Positions 20,403 to 29,380 of a stretch of 64,000 bases of DNA are shown piece by piece. The translations under genes and the position numbers were made by a program. Positions within the stretch are counted from its first letter, which is position 1, and every line of letters starts with the position of its first letter. Location of the stretch: contig PS015009.1 in the NCBI GenBank assembly GCA_048213135.1, positions 1,612,001-1,676,000 of the forward strand. The letters are read 5' to 3'. Source of the DNA: Reclinomonas americana ATCC 50394 (taxonomy: Eukaryota). Below the pieces are notes generated by a model. The model was not told the origin of the DNA, did no database searches, and saw only the letters and a list, made by a program, of their open reading frames with translations.

Positions 20403-20864
20403 ATGCAAAAAGGAAAAGCCTTCAAAGCCCTGTCCATCATGCATAAGGGTATGCTCATCTCTGTTATTTTACTGGGTGCTGTTATGTTCTGGCTTGTCAG
20501 CAGCAACATGGTAGCGCCTCCATCACCCGACCTGGACAGGATGCTGCAGGTAGCGGCCATTGTGCTGGGTGTGCTGGGGTTCTTTGGCGGCGCGGCACTG
20601 TTTAAAAAGCGGCTGCAGGCCATCCGGGATATGAATGCTTCGGCGGAAGAGAAATGGAAAAATTATTTTGCGGTTTGTTTACTTCAGTGGGCATTGCTTG
20701 AAGGGCCGGCCATCTTTTGTATGATATCTTTTTTTCTTACAGGTAACTACGCGTTCATTGTATTGGGCGGTTTGCTGCTGCTGATACTGGCTATGCAGGG
20801 GCCATCAAAAATGAAGATTATGCTGCAACTGGGTATCAGTGAGGAAGAGTTAAATGAACTGTAA
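20403..20864 (+). CDS. Hypothetical 4-TM membrane protein
   Basis: 153-aa hydrophobic ORF, 'WALLEGPA'. Confidence 0.75.
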   Translation: MQKGKAFKALSIMHKGMLISVILLGAVMFWLVSSNMVAPPSPDLDRMLQVAAIVLGVLGFFGGAALFKKRLQAIRDMNASAEEKWKNYFAVCLLQWALLEGPAIFCMISFFLTGNYAFIVLGGLLLLILAMQGPSKMKIMLQLGISEEELNEL

Positions 20865-20884
20865 CAGGCGTTTCTACCGACTAT

Positions 20885-21616
20885 CTACTGCGTACTATTG
20901 GCTTCCTGTACTACAATTCTGCTATCGCCGATATGTGTAACGATTACGTCAATCGTATCGCCGGGTTTCAATTCACTGTCCTTATAAGCTAACCTGCTCT
21001 GAAATTTTCCATCCATCAAATCAAGAAGAACGGCATGTGGCGTTACCTGTGTAACGGAAGCAGTGACAGGTGTTTTGCTTTTGCTGAGTTTTTGCAGGGT
21101 TGCGAATTCTTTTATATACCTGGCATGGACCAGTTTCGCGGTAACGGCGCTTTTCTTTTCTATATTTTCCAGGGTGAAATCAACCGGTTCGTTCAACTCT
21201 TGCTCCGACGGAGGAATTTGCCATGGGGCAATGACTAAAGGAAAGAAAAGATAGGAGGCGGTTTCTTTTACAAAATACTGGTCATCGGCTATTTTAAGAT
21301 AACCGCGAAAATGGTTGTCGGTGCGGGCTTTGTTCAGGATGCTGTCCAGGGCTGTATTGTAGCGGAATTGAATATCAACGGCCACCTGTTTGTCGCCGCG
21401 GGGCGACAGCTCAATACGGAACTCGACCGTATCGCCGATCAGGAACTGGTGTTTTTTGCGGGCGATTTTTTTGCTGATCCATTCCTGCTGTGTGGCAGCG
21501 TCAACCTTTCCGTTGATGCTTTTCTTTTTTCCTTTCAGCTCATAATCGATCGTAATGTACCCTTTATCGTGGTGTACAAAAGATACTTCTCCCTGTATGG
21601 TTGTGTGTTCAGTCAT
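20885..21616 (-). CDS. Hypothetical protein with cold-shock/S1-like OB-fold segments
   Basis: 'GEVSFVHHDKGYITI...GDTVEF...QVAVDI' and 'LKPGDTIDVIV'. Confidence 0.65.
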   Translation of the reverse strand: MTEHTTIQGEVSFVHHDKGYITIDYELKGKKKSINGKVDAATQQEWISKKIARKKHQFLIGDTVEFRIELSPRGDKQVAVDIQFRYNTALDSILNKARTDNHFRGYLKIADDQYFVKETASYLFFPLVIAPWQIPPSEQELNEPVDFTLENIEKKSAVTAKLVHARYIKEFATLQKLSKSKTPVTASVTQVTPHAVLLDLMDGKFQSRLAYKDSELKPGDTIDVIVTHIGDSRIVVQEANSTQ

Positions 21617-22014
21617 AAATCAAGTTCAATGGTGGGGTCCCAGAATCGTTCTTTAAAATTAACCACGGTATCGTTCTTCACTTTTACACCATCTTTCTTC
21701 AGCATTTCTTCCATTGCAGTGGGTGTGCCGAAATGATGTTTACCGCTGAGCATACCGTTGCGGTTCACCACGCGTTGCGCAGGCACTTTGGGTTTGGCGT
21801 AACCTGCCGCGTTCATGGCCCAGCCTACCATACGGGCTGAAAGACCGGTACCCAAAAATTTAGCGATGGCGCCATAACTGGTTACCCGCCCTTTGGGGAT
21901 CTGCCGTACCACGCCATACACATCGTCGAAAAAACTGTATTGCTTACCCGGGGCCGACGGCTTTTCCTTTTGCGGATCTTTCTTAGCTTTTGCGGCTTTC
22001 TTTATCGTTGCCAT
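21613..22014 (-). CDS. MGMT/ATL family alkyl-DNA-binding protein
   Basis: 'IPKGRVTSYGAIA', 'ARMVGWAM', 'PAQRVVN' (no catalytic PCHR cysteine). Confidence 0.88.
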   Translation of the reverse strand: MATIKKAAKAKKDPQKEKPSAPGKQYSFFDDVYGVVRQIPKGRVTSYGAIAKFLGTGLSARMVGWAMNAAGYAKPKVPAQRVVNRNGMLSGKHHFGTPTAMEEMLKKDGVKVKNDTVVNFKERFWDPTIELDL

Positions 22015-22192
22015 ACTTTAAAGATAACAATTCGCTGCGTGAGGGCTCAGGAACATTTATATAGTCATACGGACAATGTTTACAACCATTGCCGCAGCAA
22101 TGCCCGCGGTCGAGGTGGAACTTGGCCGTGAGTACGATATAACCCTTTTCGTTGTAATAATAATCAACGCCCTCAATCCAGCTTTTGCTCAT
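21983..22192 (-). CDS. Small Cys-rich protein (DUF5522-like)
   Basis: 'RGHCCGNGCKHCPY'. Confidence 0.8.
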   Translation of the reverse strand: MSKSWIEGVDYYYNEKGYIVLTAKFHLDRGHCCGNGCKHCPYDYINVPEPSRSELLSLKYGNDKESRKS

Positions 22193-22877
22193 TTTTCAGA
22201 ATTTCCTGTAAATCATCGTCGATGGGTGGTATACTGTGCGGCAGGCTGAACTTCAGGTAATGGATGCGCCTGCTGTTGGCAATGTCCAGGCTTTCATAAT
22301 GCGTTTTGATCTTCAGTTCCGCGGCAATATTTTCTTCCTGGTAGATATTATCATGATCTTCTGCAATGGATAACCCATACAAACCAGCCACCAGTTTGGT
22401 AAACCGGTACAAGTCGGGAGAATCTGTTTTCAGGTGGATGTACCCGCCGGGCTTCAGCACCTGCTGGTACAGCCGCAGGAAGCGCGGGTGGGTAAGCCTT
22501 TTTTTTGCTTTTGATACCCTTAACTGCGGATCGGGAAATGTGATCCATATTTCGTCCACTTCGCCTTCAGCGAAATAGGCAGGCAGCCTTTCTATCTGGG
22601 TACGGAGGAAAGCCCCGTTGGTCAGTCCTTCCACCAGGCATTGTTTGGCGCCGATGTACATGCGGTTGCCCTTGATGTCGATGCCGATATGGTTCCTGTC
22701 CGGGTGCAGCCTCGATAATCCTACCGTATATTCGCCCCTTCCGCAGGCCAGTTCCAGTATCAGCGGGTTGTCGTTCTTAAAGAAAAAAGCCCAGGCGCCC
22801 TGCATGTTCTCAGGGTATTCCAGTACATTGGGGAAGGTCTTGATCTGGGCAAAACGCAATAATTTCTTCTGTGCCAT
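22173..22877 (-). CDS. trmB: tRNA (guanine-N7)-methyltransferase
   Basis: 'LELACGRGE', 'IWITFPDP', 'HLKTD'; TATCTTTG promoter just upstream. Confidence 0.93.
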   Translation of the reverse strand: MAQKKLLRFAQIKTFPNVLEYPENMQGAWAFFFKNDNPLILELACGRGEYTVGLSRLHPDRNHIGIDIKGNRMYIGAKQCLVEGLTNGAFLRTQIERLPAYFAEGEVDEIWITFPDPQLRVSKAKKRLTHPRFLRLYQQVLKPGGYIHLKTDSPDLYRFTKLVAGLYGLSIAEDHDNIYQEENIAAELKIKTHYESLDIANSRRIHYLKFSLPHSIPPIDDDLQEILKNEQKLD

Positions 22878-22993
22878 GGGCTGCAAAGATAAACAATGAA
22901 TGACGGAAACAGGCCGGTAAGCTATGTCATGCGGCTGAAATTGATTATTTTGCGGCCCGTTAATGCGATTGTACTTCACCTAAATACATATAT

Positions 22994-23779
22994 ATGACTA
23001 CAGTAATTGTACCTGTTGATTTTTCTGAAACTTCATTAAACGCGGCACGCTATGCTGCGCAACTGCTGGTAGGACATTATGGCGTTACACTGGTGCTTTA
23101 CCACAGTTACACTAAACCTGCCGAAGCCGCCAAGTCGGAAGAAGCCCTGGAACAACTGAAGCAGGAGCTGATGGAAAAATATATTGTAAAGATTGAAACA
23201 CTGGCTTACGAAGAACATGATTTTGTAGACGGACTGGAAAGAACGGCACGTCACCGCAAGGCCGACCTGGTGATCATGGGTATTACCGGTAAATCGGCGC
23301 TGGCACAGGCTTTCTTTGGCAGCAATACGCTGAAGATGGCGGAAACCAAGGCCTGCCCGGTGCTGATCGTTCCGCAGGAAGCCGAGTTCAAACAGATCAA
23401 CAACGTAATGCTTACATCCGACTTCAAGGATACGCATAACACAACTCCTTCTGCCCTCATCAAAAATTTCCTCGATGTGTTCAGGCCGCAGCTGCACGTT
23501 GTTAACGTGGATAAAGATCACTACATCTCCCTTACCGATAATTACGAAAAAGAAAAACAGGACCTCCGCGAACTTTTCGCCGATTACAGGCCCGAATTCT
23601 ATTTCATGCGTTTATTTGACGTAGATGAGGCCATCAACCTGTTTGCAGAAGAAAGGAATATCGACCTGATCATCGCTGTGCAGAAAAACCATTCTTTCAT
23701 GGAAAAACTGTTCAGCACCAGCCGTACCAAAACGCTGGCATATCATAGTAAGATGCCGATATTGGTGGTACACGAGTAG
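22994..23779 (+). CDS. Universal stress protein (tandem USP domains)
   Basis: 'IVPVDFSETS', 'DLVIMG...FFGSNT', 'CPVLIVP'. Confidence 0.92.
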   Translation: MTTVIVPVDFSETSLNAARYAAQLLVGHYGVTLVLYHSYTKPAEAAKSEEALEQLKQELMEKYIVKIETLAYEEHDFVDGLERTARHRKADLVIMGITGKSALAQAFFGSNTLKMAETKACPVLIVPQEAEFKQINNVMLTSDFKDTHNTTPSALIKNFLDVFRPQLHVVNVDKDHYISLTDNYEKEKQDLRELFADYRPEFYFMRLFDVDEAINLFAEERNIDLIIAVQKNHSFMEKLFSTSRTKTLAYHSKMPILVVHE

Positions 23780-23810
23780 AGGAAGTAAAAAATCAAAAGC
23801 TAAAAGTAAA

Positions 23811-23842
23811 AAAAGGGAGCCTGCAAACACAGGCTCCCTTTT
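23811..23842. terminator. Bidirectional terminator flanked by heptamer repeats
   Basis: AAAAGGGAGCCTG...CAGGCTCCCTTTT between convergent genes. Confidence 0.8.
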
Positions 23843-23867
23843 TGATTTTTGAATTTTTACTTTTGAT

Positions 23868-24800
23868 TTAGATTTTTACCTGCAACCCCGCTCCCACAAT
23901 AGATTTGAACTGCAATGCCGGTGAGGTTTTGTTAGGGCCGAAAATACGGGTGTCGTCATCATAAATAATATCCACGCTCCAGCTGAACGACAGCATTTTA
24001 AATACTTTCACCGCCAGCAGGTTGGTCATATAAATATCTACATTGAGCGGGTTTTTCCTGTAATTGGAAAACATGTCGAGCCTTGACTTGTAAGTCAGGT
24101 TCTTTGCCACTTCTTTCTGGTAGTTGATGGTGGCAAAAGCGCCCAGTTCGTTGATGCTGTTGTAACCGGAGTCTACACCGTAAGCCCCGCGGGAAGCCAG
24201 CGTATCATCCAGTACGATCACCCAGCGTGAAGTGACCGGGGAAAGGAACAGCGACAATTCTTTCGTGGGTTTATGATCGATACCCAGGCTGGCGAGCGCA
24301 TAACCCGGTGACATAAAACCGGAAGCAAAGGTTTTGGCGTTGGTCTTTACATCATAAGTATACCCGTTGGTCATTTGCGACCGGAAATTGATGAGGGTAC
24401 CCACCGTTGTTTTTTTGTTGATGGAGTAACTCTGTTTCGTTACAAAATCGATACGGTCATCATTTTTTCTTGATCCCAGGCTGCTGGATTGCATAAAACC
24501 GAATGCCAGGTCGAGGGAATTGTCCCAGTTAAACCTTTTTCTTTTATGCCGGGCGTACAGGTTAAGCGTAGTGTTGATGTTAAATGAAAATTCATCGCCC
24601 CCCGCTGCCCAGTTGCTGAGCGAACTCTGGCCGATATTGAGGCGGTAAGTGCCGCCGGCTTTCCACCTTTTACGGGATGTGTCTGTAGGCACTTTGGTAA
24701 TGGCATTGCCCGATTCGAACTGGAGGTTCCTGATGGCCTGGTCCTGTGCGAAGACAGACAACGGGGCGGAAAGGATAAGGAAAAGACCTGTTTTGTTCAT
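23868..24800 (-). CDS. DUF3078 outer-membrane beta-barrel-like protein
   Basis: Signal peptide, 'SNWAAGG', 'RKNDDRI', 'IIYDDD'. Confidence 0.85.
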   Translation of the reverse strand: MNKTGLFLILSAPLSVFAQDQAIRNLQFESGNAITKVPTDTSRKRWKAGGTYRLNIGQSSLSNWAAGGDEFSFNINTTLNLYARHKRKRFNWDNSLDLAFGFMQSSSLGSRKNDDRIDFVTKQSYSINKKTTVGTLINFRSQMTNGYTYDVKTNAKTFASGFMSPGYALASLGIDHKPTKELSLFLSPVTSRWVIVLDDTLASRGAYGVDSGYNSINELGAFATINYQKEVAKNLTYKSRLDMFSNYRKNPLNVDIYMTNLLAVKVFKMLSFSWSVDIIYDDDTRIFGPNKTSPALQFKSIVGAGLQVKI

Positions 24801-24982
24801 GCTGCAAAATTACTGTTTAAACATTAGATTAGTGTTGCCGGTCATGTATCATAGCCTTGCGCACTGCAACGGAGGGCAAAGAAACTTTACGGAACTGCAA
24901 AAATTTTGCAAAAATGTACAGGTGTGGGAGATTTTGTATAAGCGTTCCCTTATAGGAGACATAAGGGCCTGTACATATATAT

Positions 24983-25011
24983 AAAAAGGTTGACGTGAGC
25001 GCCAACCTTTT
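24983..25011 (-). terminator. Intrinsic terminator (minus strand)
   Basis: GGTTGGCG-CTCA-CGTCAACC-TTTTT; the G-U pair forms only on the minus strand. Confidence 0.7.
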
Positions 25012-25180
25012 CCTACAGAAAACCGCAACTATTTTATGCGACGTGTTATAGAAATAACCAGTGCATGTGTTTATGCTTAATGAAACCAGAGATGTTAAAG
25101 TGAATGGTGGGACCAAACAAGTGTTCAAGCTATCCGATCCCACCAAATCCTGTTGTTACAGGGTATATGTAAACCACTGA
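24983..25180 (-). ncRNA. Candidate small RNA downstream of the response regulator
   Basis: Strand-specific long hairpin (25105-25145), terminator at the 3' end, GTA-N4/5-TAC boxes upstream. Confidence 0.4.
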
Positions 25181-25263
25181 TACAAAGAGAATCTTTTTCA
25201 GAATGGAATAATAGCGTAGTTGATACGTTTTTTCGGACAGGTATTTCTACGTGGCGGGGGATA

Positions 25264-25932
25264 TTATGGGTCGATGCGGAAAAGCTCGTTCTTGATGGCA
25301 AAAACCACCAGACCAGCCGTATTACGGCACCCGGCTTTGATGAGGAGGCTGTTGCGGTGCCCTTCTACCGTACGGGGACTGATATACAGGCGGTTACCGA
25401 TCTCGGCATTGGTCAGTTCCTGGCAAATGAGTTCAAGTACTTCCTTCTCACGTGAGGTGAGTTCAATGGGTATATTACTGAAATTGCGGATATCATTGTC
25501 TTTCATGGAAGACACTTTCCGCATAGCCTGCAGGGCGGCCGCATTAAAATAGAAGCCCGATTTATAAGTGGTGCGTACGGCGGTGAGCAGTTCTTCCGTT
25601 TCGCAGTTCTTGGTAAGATAGCCGCAGGCGCCTGCCTGTATCATTTTACCGATGAAACGTTCCTGGTCGTATACCGATAATACCAGCACTTTAATGGTAG
25701 GATATCTTTTTTGCATGGCATCGTTCAGTTCAACGCCATTCATCTCAGGCATGTGCATATCGATAAGGGCGATCTCGGGCAGTTGCTCCATCTTTTCCAG
25801 CTGCTCCAGGAAAACCCTTCCGTTCTCGGCTTCGGCAACCAGGTCCAGCTCATCAGTGGCCTTAATAAGCTGAGCCAGTCCCTGCCGGAACAATTGCTGA
25901 TCATCTACAAGTGCTACCCTGATCTTATCCAT
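25264..25932 (-). CDS. NarL/FixJ family response regulator (REC plus LuxR HTH)
   Basis: 'LVDDQQLFRQG', 'LIDMHMPEMNG', 'LTSREKEVL...ISPRTVEGHR'. Confidence 0.95.
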   Translation of the reverse strand: MDKIRVALVDDQQLFRQGLAQLIKATDELDLVAEAENGRVFLEQLEKMEQLPEIALIDMHMPEMNGVELNDAMQKRYPTIKVLVLSVYDQERFIGKMIQAGACGYLTKNCETEELLTAVRTTYKSGFYFNAAALQAMRKVSSMKDNDIRNFSNIPIELTSREKEVLELICQELTNAEIGNRLYISPRTVEGHRNSLLIKAGCRNTAGLVVFAIKNELFRIDP

Positions 25933-25944
25933 GCTGCAAAAATA

Positions 25945-26736
25945 TCATTCTATTGATTGTAAAGCTATTTTAATTGCAATTTTAAAACCATTGCCGGGCG
26001 ATGATTCAATAAGGAAAGGCGCTTCTATCATATTAAGGCGGCTTTCAATATTCTGCATACCCATGCCTGGTTTTTTACTGGCCGACATATCGATGCCTTT
26101 GCCATTATCTTTATATACCACCAGCATATTTCCTTCTTCCAGCGTAAAACAAACATCTGCCTCCGTGGCAGCCGCATGCTTAACGGTATTAGACAACAGC
26201 TCCTGTATTACCCGGTAAAGGGTAAGTGAGGGCACCGGTCCCAGCTGGTCAATTTTTTCGCCGCTGTGGTTGGTGAGGGTAAGGTGCAGTACCCCTGCGC
26301 TGTTGAAATTATCGCAGAGTTCATGCAGGGTATACTCCAGTCCGAACAGCTCCAGTCCCGGCGGAGACAGTGAATGCGAAATATTACGAACGGTATTGAT
26401 GATATTGTCGATAAGCGGTTTGTATTGCTCGGCATTGCCCGGTGTATTTTGATCCGCTACGATCTTGCCAAAGACCATACGCAGGTTCGACAGGGCCGAG
26501 CCTACATCATCATGCAGGTCGCGGCCAATGCGCTTCCGTTCCGCTTCCTGTGATTGTATCACTGAATGCAGGAGTGTTTCCTGGTGATCCAGTTCCGCTT
26601 TTTGCATGGCTTCTTTTTGCTGGAGCATGCGGCGCTGGTAACGGACAAAGAAATAGATGAAGGAGGCAGCAAGAAAAAAAGTTCCCAGCATGGTTAACAG
26701 TACCAGTATGAGAATATTGTCGGTGACCTTATGCAT
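25945..26736 (-). CDS. Sensor histidine kinase (HisKA_3) with one N-terminal TM helix
   Basis: 'ERKRIGRDLHDDVG', 'QELLSNTVKHA', 'DNGKG', 'GMGMQNI'. Confidence 0.93.
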   Translation of the reverse strand: MHKVTDNILILVLLTMLGTFFLAASFIYFFVRYQRRMLQQKEAMQKAELDHQETLLHSVIQSQEAERKRIGRDLHDDVGSALSNLRMVFGKIVADQNTPGNAEQYKPLIDNIINTVRNISHSLSPPGLELFGLEYTLHELCDNFNSAGVLHLTLTNHSGEKIDQLGPVPSLTLYRVIQELLSNTVKHAAATEADVCFTLEEGNMLVVYKDNGKGIDMSASKKPGMGMQNIESRLNMIEAPFLIESSPGNGFKIAIKIALQSIE

Positions 26737-26779
26737 GCGTAAGGATGAAGGGTTAGGTTAACAGGTACGTATGACCAGG

Positions 26780-27427
26780 CTATGCTTTCTTACCGGGACG
26801 AAGCTGGTAAAAACCGTTGGCAAACAGCAGGTACATGATCAATACAAAAGTTGCATGGATATTCCACAGGATAACATTGGTGGCCCTGTCGGCGACCAAT
26901 ACGAAATTGGAAAAAATGAACAGGACGAATGCGCCTGAAAAATAAAGAAAAATACCCGAGTTGAACCAGAACACCGGCAGTTTTGTTACTTTCTCCGCCG
27001 ATGGATTGGAGAACAGCCGGGCGAAAAAATTAACGGCCAGCAGCATGACCAGCAGCGCTCCCAGCGATCTGGAATAACTGTTGTACATAAACAGGCTTTG
27101 CCAGAAAATGACGTTGACGATACAGGCTAATGTGAAGAACACCTGCAGTACGGTAAGCACTTTCGAACTGCTTTTATCATCGATCGCTTTTTTATAAAAT
27201 TCTGCCAGTATGATAAATTCTATCAGCGTATACACATGCAGCAGCGGGAGATTATTTTTTATGGTATGTCTTAATATATATCCCAGGATAGAGGATAATA
27301 CACTAATAATAAGGTAATAAAAAATAATCCGGGCCGGGCCGGTGTGGAAACGAAAAAGTAAAAAAGCTGCGATAATTGGGATGGCTATGCTGTAAGGCAC
27401 AAGCCATCCCATATAAAAAGTGTCCAT
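26780..27427 (-). CDS. Polytopic (~7-TM) membrane protein, probable sensor partner
   Basis: Highly hydrophobic; 'NNLPLLHVY', 'FWFNSGIFLYFSG'; co-oriented with the kinase. Confidence 0.8.
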   Translation of the reverse strand: MDTFYMGWLVPYSIAIPIIAAFLLFRFHTGPARIIFYYLIISVLSSILGYILRHTIKNNLPLLHVYTLIEFIILAEFYKKAIDDKSSSKVLTVLQVFFTLACIVNVIFWQSLFMYNSYSRSLGALLVMLLAVNFFARLFSNPSAEKVTKLPVFWFNSGIFLYFSGAFVLFIFSNFVLVADRATNVILWNIHATFVLIMYLLFANGFYQLRPGKKA

Positions 27428-27436
27428 GTATTATTT

Positions 27437-27859
27437 TTATTTCTCTACAGGGTCACTGTAATACAGCGGGCTGCTGTAATCGCACATTTGCGGGCAGGGC
27501 TGAGTAAAATCATAAATAGAGCTTTGAACCAACTGGTCAGATTGTTCTGTTGGAGGTGAAGGGATGACAATAATATCATTACCTTTTTCATCTACGGGTA
27601 CGATCACCACTTTAGCGGTTGATGGGTCATCAGCCACTTCAAGGCACAGATAGGCACGTACGGCTATCGCGTTGTGGAAATCCGCCAGGTTGTCGATGTC
27701 GGCAATCGGGATGTAAAAGGCACGGATGTAATTACCGCCCGGTGGAACCAGCGGTTGAATAAAGGAGCGCCAGTTAGTGGTCAATACCTCTGCATCGTGC
27801 AGGGAAATGGTGTCGGTCGGGCGTGGACCTGGTCCTGGATCTTTTTGGGAATCAGTCAT
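27437..27859 (-). CDS. Hypothetical protein with C-terminal 'YDFTQPCPQMC' motif
   Basis: Acidic, Pro-rich 140-aa ORF; TATATTTG promoter at 27896-27903 supports ATG 27859. Confidence 0.8.
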   Translation of the reverse strand: MTDSQKDPGPGPRPTDTISLHDAEVLTTNWRSFIQPLVPPGGNYIRAFYIPIADIDNLADFHNAIAVRAYLCLEVADDPSTAKVVIVPVDEKGNDIIVIPSPPTEQSDQLVQSSIYDFTQPCPQMCDYSSPLYYSDPVEK

Positions 27860-28032
27860 AATAGTGAGGATTGTTGGGTTAAGAAATTGGTTGACCAAAT
27901 ATAATGAAACAAGCTAACCAAACGTAGCGGAATTTTAGTAATGATATTAAGGAATACTTACCACTTTGTTGTATTGTGCTGGTTAAAGGCAATTTCTATT
28001 TTGTGATATTCCAAACCCTAAAAATTAATGTT

Positions 28033-28950
28033 ATGTCAGTTAAAGTAACCCTCGACATTTTCAGCGGCCGCCCCAACCCGGAACTGGAACTTACCGCTGC
28101 CGAAGCGAAAGAATTCTTCAAAACCATTTCACCAACAGGCGCCATGCGCAAAGTGGGCGACAAAACCCCCGAACAGCCGGGCCATCTTGGTTTCCGTGGT
28201 GTGCAGGTTGAGCAACTGAAAACGGTGAGTAAGGAATTTCCTTCCCAATTCTACTTATCCCATGAAACCCTGTACACCGATGGTAAGGCAGCGGCGCTGA
28301 AAGACAACAGCACCATGGAAAAGATACAGCAGTTTGTTACCGCCCGCGGTAAAATGACCACCAATGGCGGCAATACCCGGGAGATCATGAAAATTTATAA
28401 AGACGCGGTGAAGGAATCTTTTTCCATCCGGGAAAAGTGGATCGATATCGGCCCCATTGTTGTAGGGCCATTGCTAACCTGCAACTGCGGCCCTGCATAT
28501 GAGCCTAACTGGTGGAACAATAACGCTTCCATTAAAGCGAATAACAACTGTTACAACTATGCGTGTAACTATCGTACCGATACCTTTGCACAACCGGGCA
28601 GGGCTACTGGTAATATGTATACTTCGCTTTCGGGCTGCTCAGTAGCTGTTGGGCAGAAGAGCGCCAAAGACGGCGCCATCAGCGATTGCCTGGTGGATAC
28701 ACCTGCCGCCAACAACAAATGTCCCGACCAGGGGCACCTGGTAGCGCTGGTGATCTGGCCCGGGGTTGATTTTCACTGGTACCGCAAAGGCGTGAATACG
28801 CTCTGGAGCCACAAACCCGGCAGCACAGCGGTAACCAACCTGGATAACAGCGGTGCCATCATCACCGATCCGCGTACCGCCAACAGGGGTGGGTACACAC
28901 AATTTTGCACATTTATGAACGTATTGCATGGGCATATCAAAATCAAATAA
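28033..28950 (+). CDS. Two-domain protein: FSGRPNP N-terminal domain plus putative Cys-His catalytic domain
   Basis: 'NNNCYNYA', 'DFHWYR', 'WSHKPG'; Cys-rich C-terminal half. The ORF is solid, the function is inferred. Confidence 0.7.
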   Translation: MSVKVTLDIFSGRPNPELELTAAEAKEFFKTISPTGAMRKVGDKTPEQPGHLGFRGVQVEQLKTVSKEFPSQFYLSHETLYTDGKAAALKDNSTMEKIQQFVTARGKMTTNGGNTREIMKIYKDAVKESFSIREKWIDIGPIVVGPLLTCNCGPAYEPNWWNNNASIKANNNCYNYACNYRTDTFAQPGRATGNMYTSLSGCSVAVGQKSAKDGAISDCLVDTPAANNKCPDQGHLVALVIWPGVDFHWYRKGVNTLWSHKPGSTAVTNLDNSGAIITDPRTANRGGYTQFCTFMNVLHGHIKIK

Positions 28951-29278
28951 AGAAGGGCACGTAACCGCCCTCGTTTTTTCCGGGCGCAAGAACCCGGGCT
29001 GGACCATTCCGGCGGGGCAGCTGAATGAATTACTCAGCACCTGGGAAAAAGCAACAACAGTAAGTCATTATAACCCGGCGCCCGCTGTACTGGGTTATAA
29101 TGGTTTGCTTTTGCAACAGAATAATAAGCAATGGCACGTGGTCAACCAGCTTATTTATTATAAGCTGAATGATGAGTTATTGCTGGTTAAAGAAGACGCC
29201 GGTGATCTTTTCGAAAAGGGAATACTTCAATCGGCACCTGCAGATGTGCTGGATTTACTGGAACAGATGAGACGATAA
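28928..29278 (+). CDS. Small protein homologous to the N-terminal domain of the upstream gene
   Basis: 'VFSGRKNPGW...LGYNG' versus 'IFSGRPNPEL...LGFRG'; overlaps the upstream stop codon. Confidence 0.7.
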   Translation: MGISKSNKEGHVTALVFSGRKNPGWTIPAGQLNELLSTWEKATTVSHYNPAPAVLGYNGLLLQQNNKQWHVVNQLIYYKLNDELLLVKEDAGDLFEKGILQSAPADVLDLLEQMRR

Positions 29279-29350
29279 AGGTTGTGCGGGTGAAAGCCTG
29301 GCATTGACCTGTTGTTGTTTAATGATATTGTATGGTTTCATGAACAACAC

Positions 29351-29373
29351 GCCCGGGATACCGGGCTTTTTTT
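29351..29373 (+). terminator. Intrinsic terminator
   Basis: GCCCGG-GATA-CCGGGC-TTTTTT. Confidence 0.75.
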
Positions 29374-29380
29374 ATCAACT

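Noticed and set aside
24829-25146. 105-aa minus-strand ORF
   Set aside because: It starts inside an RNA hairpin and crosses a terminator; the region is better explained as non-coding.
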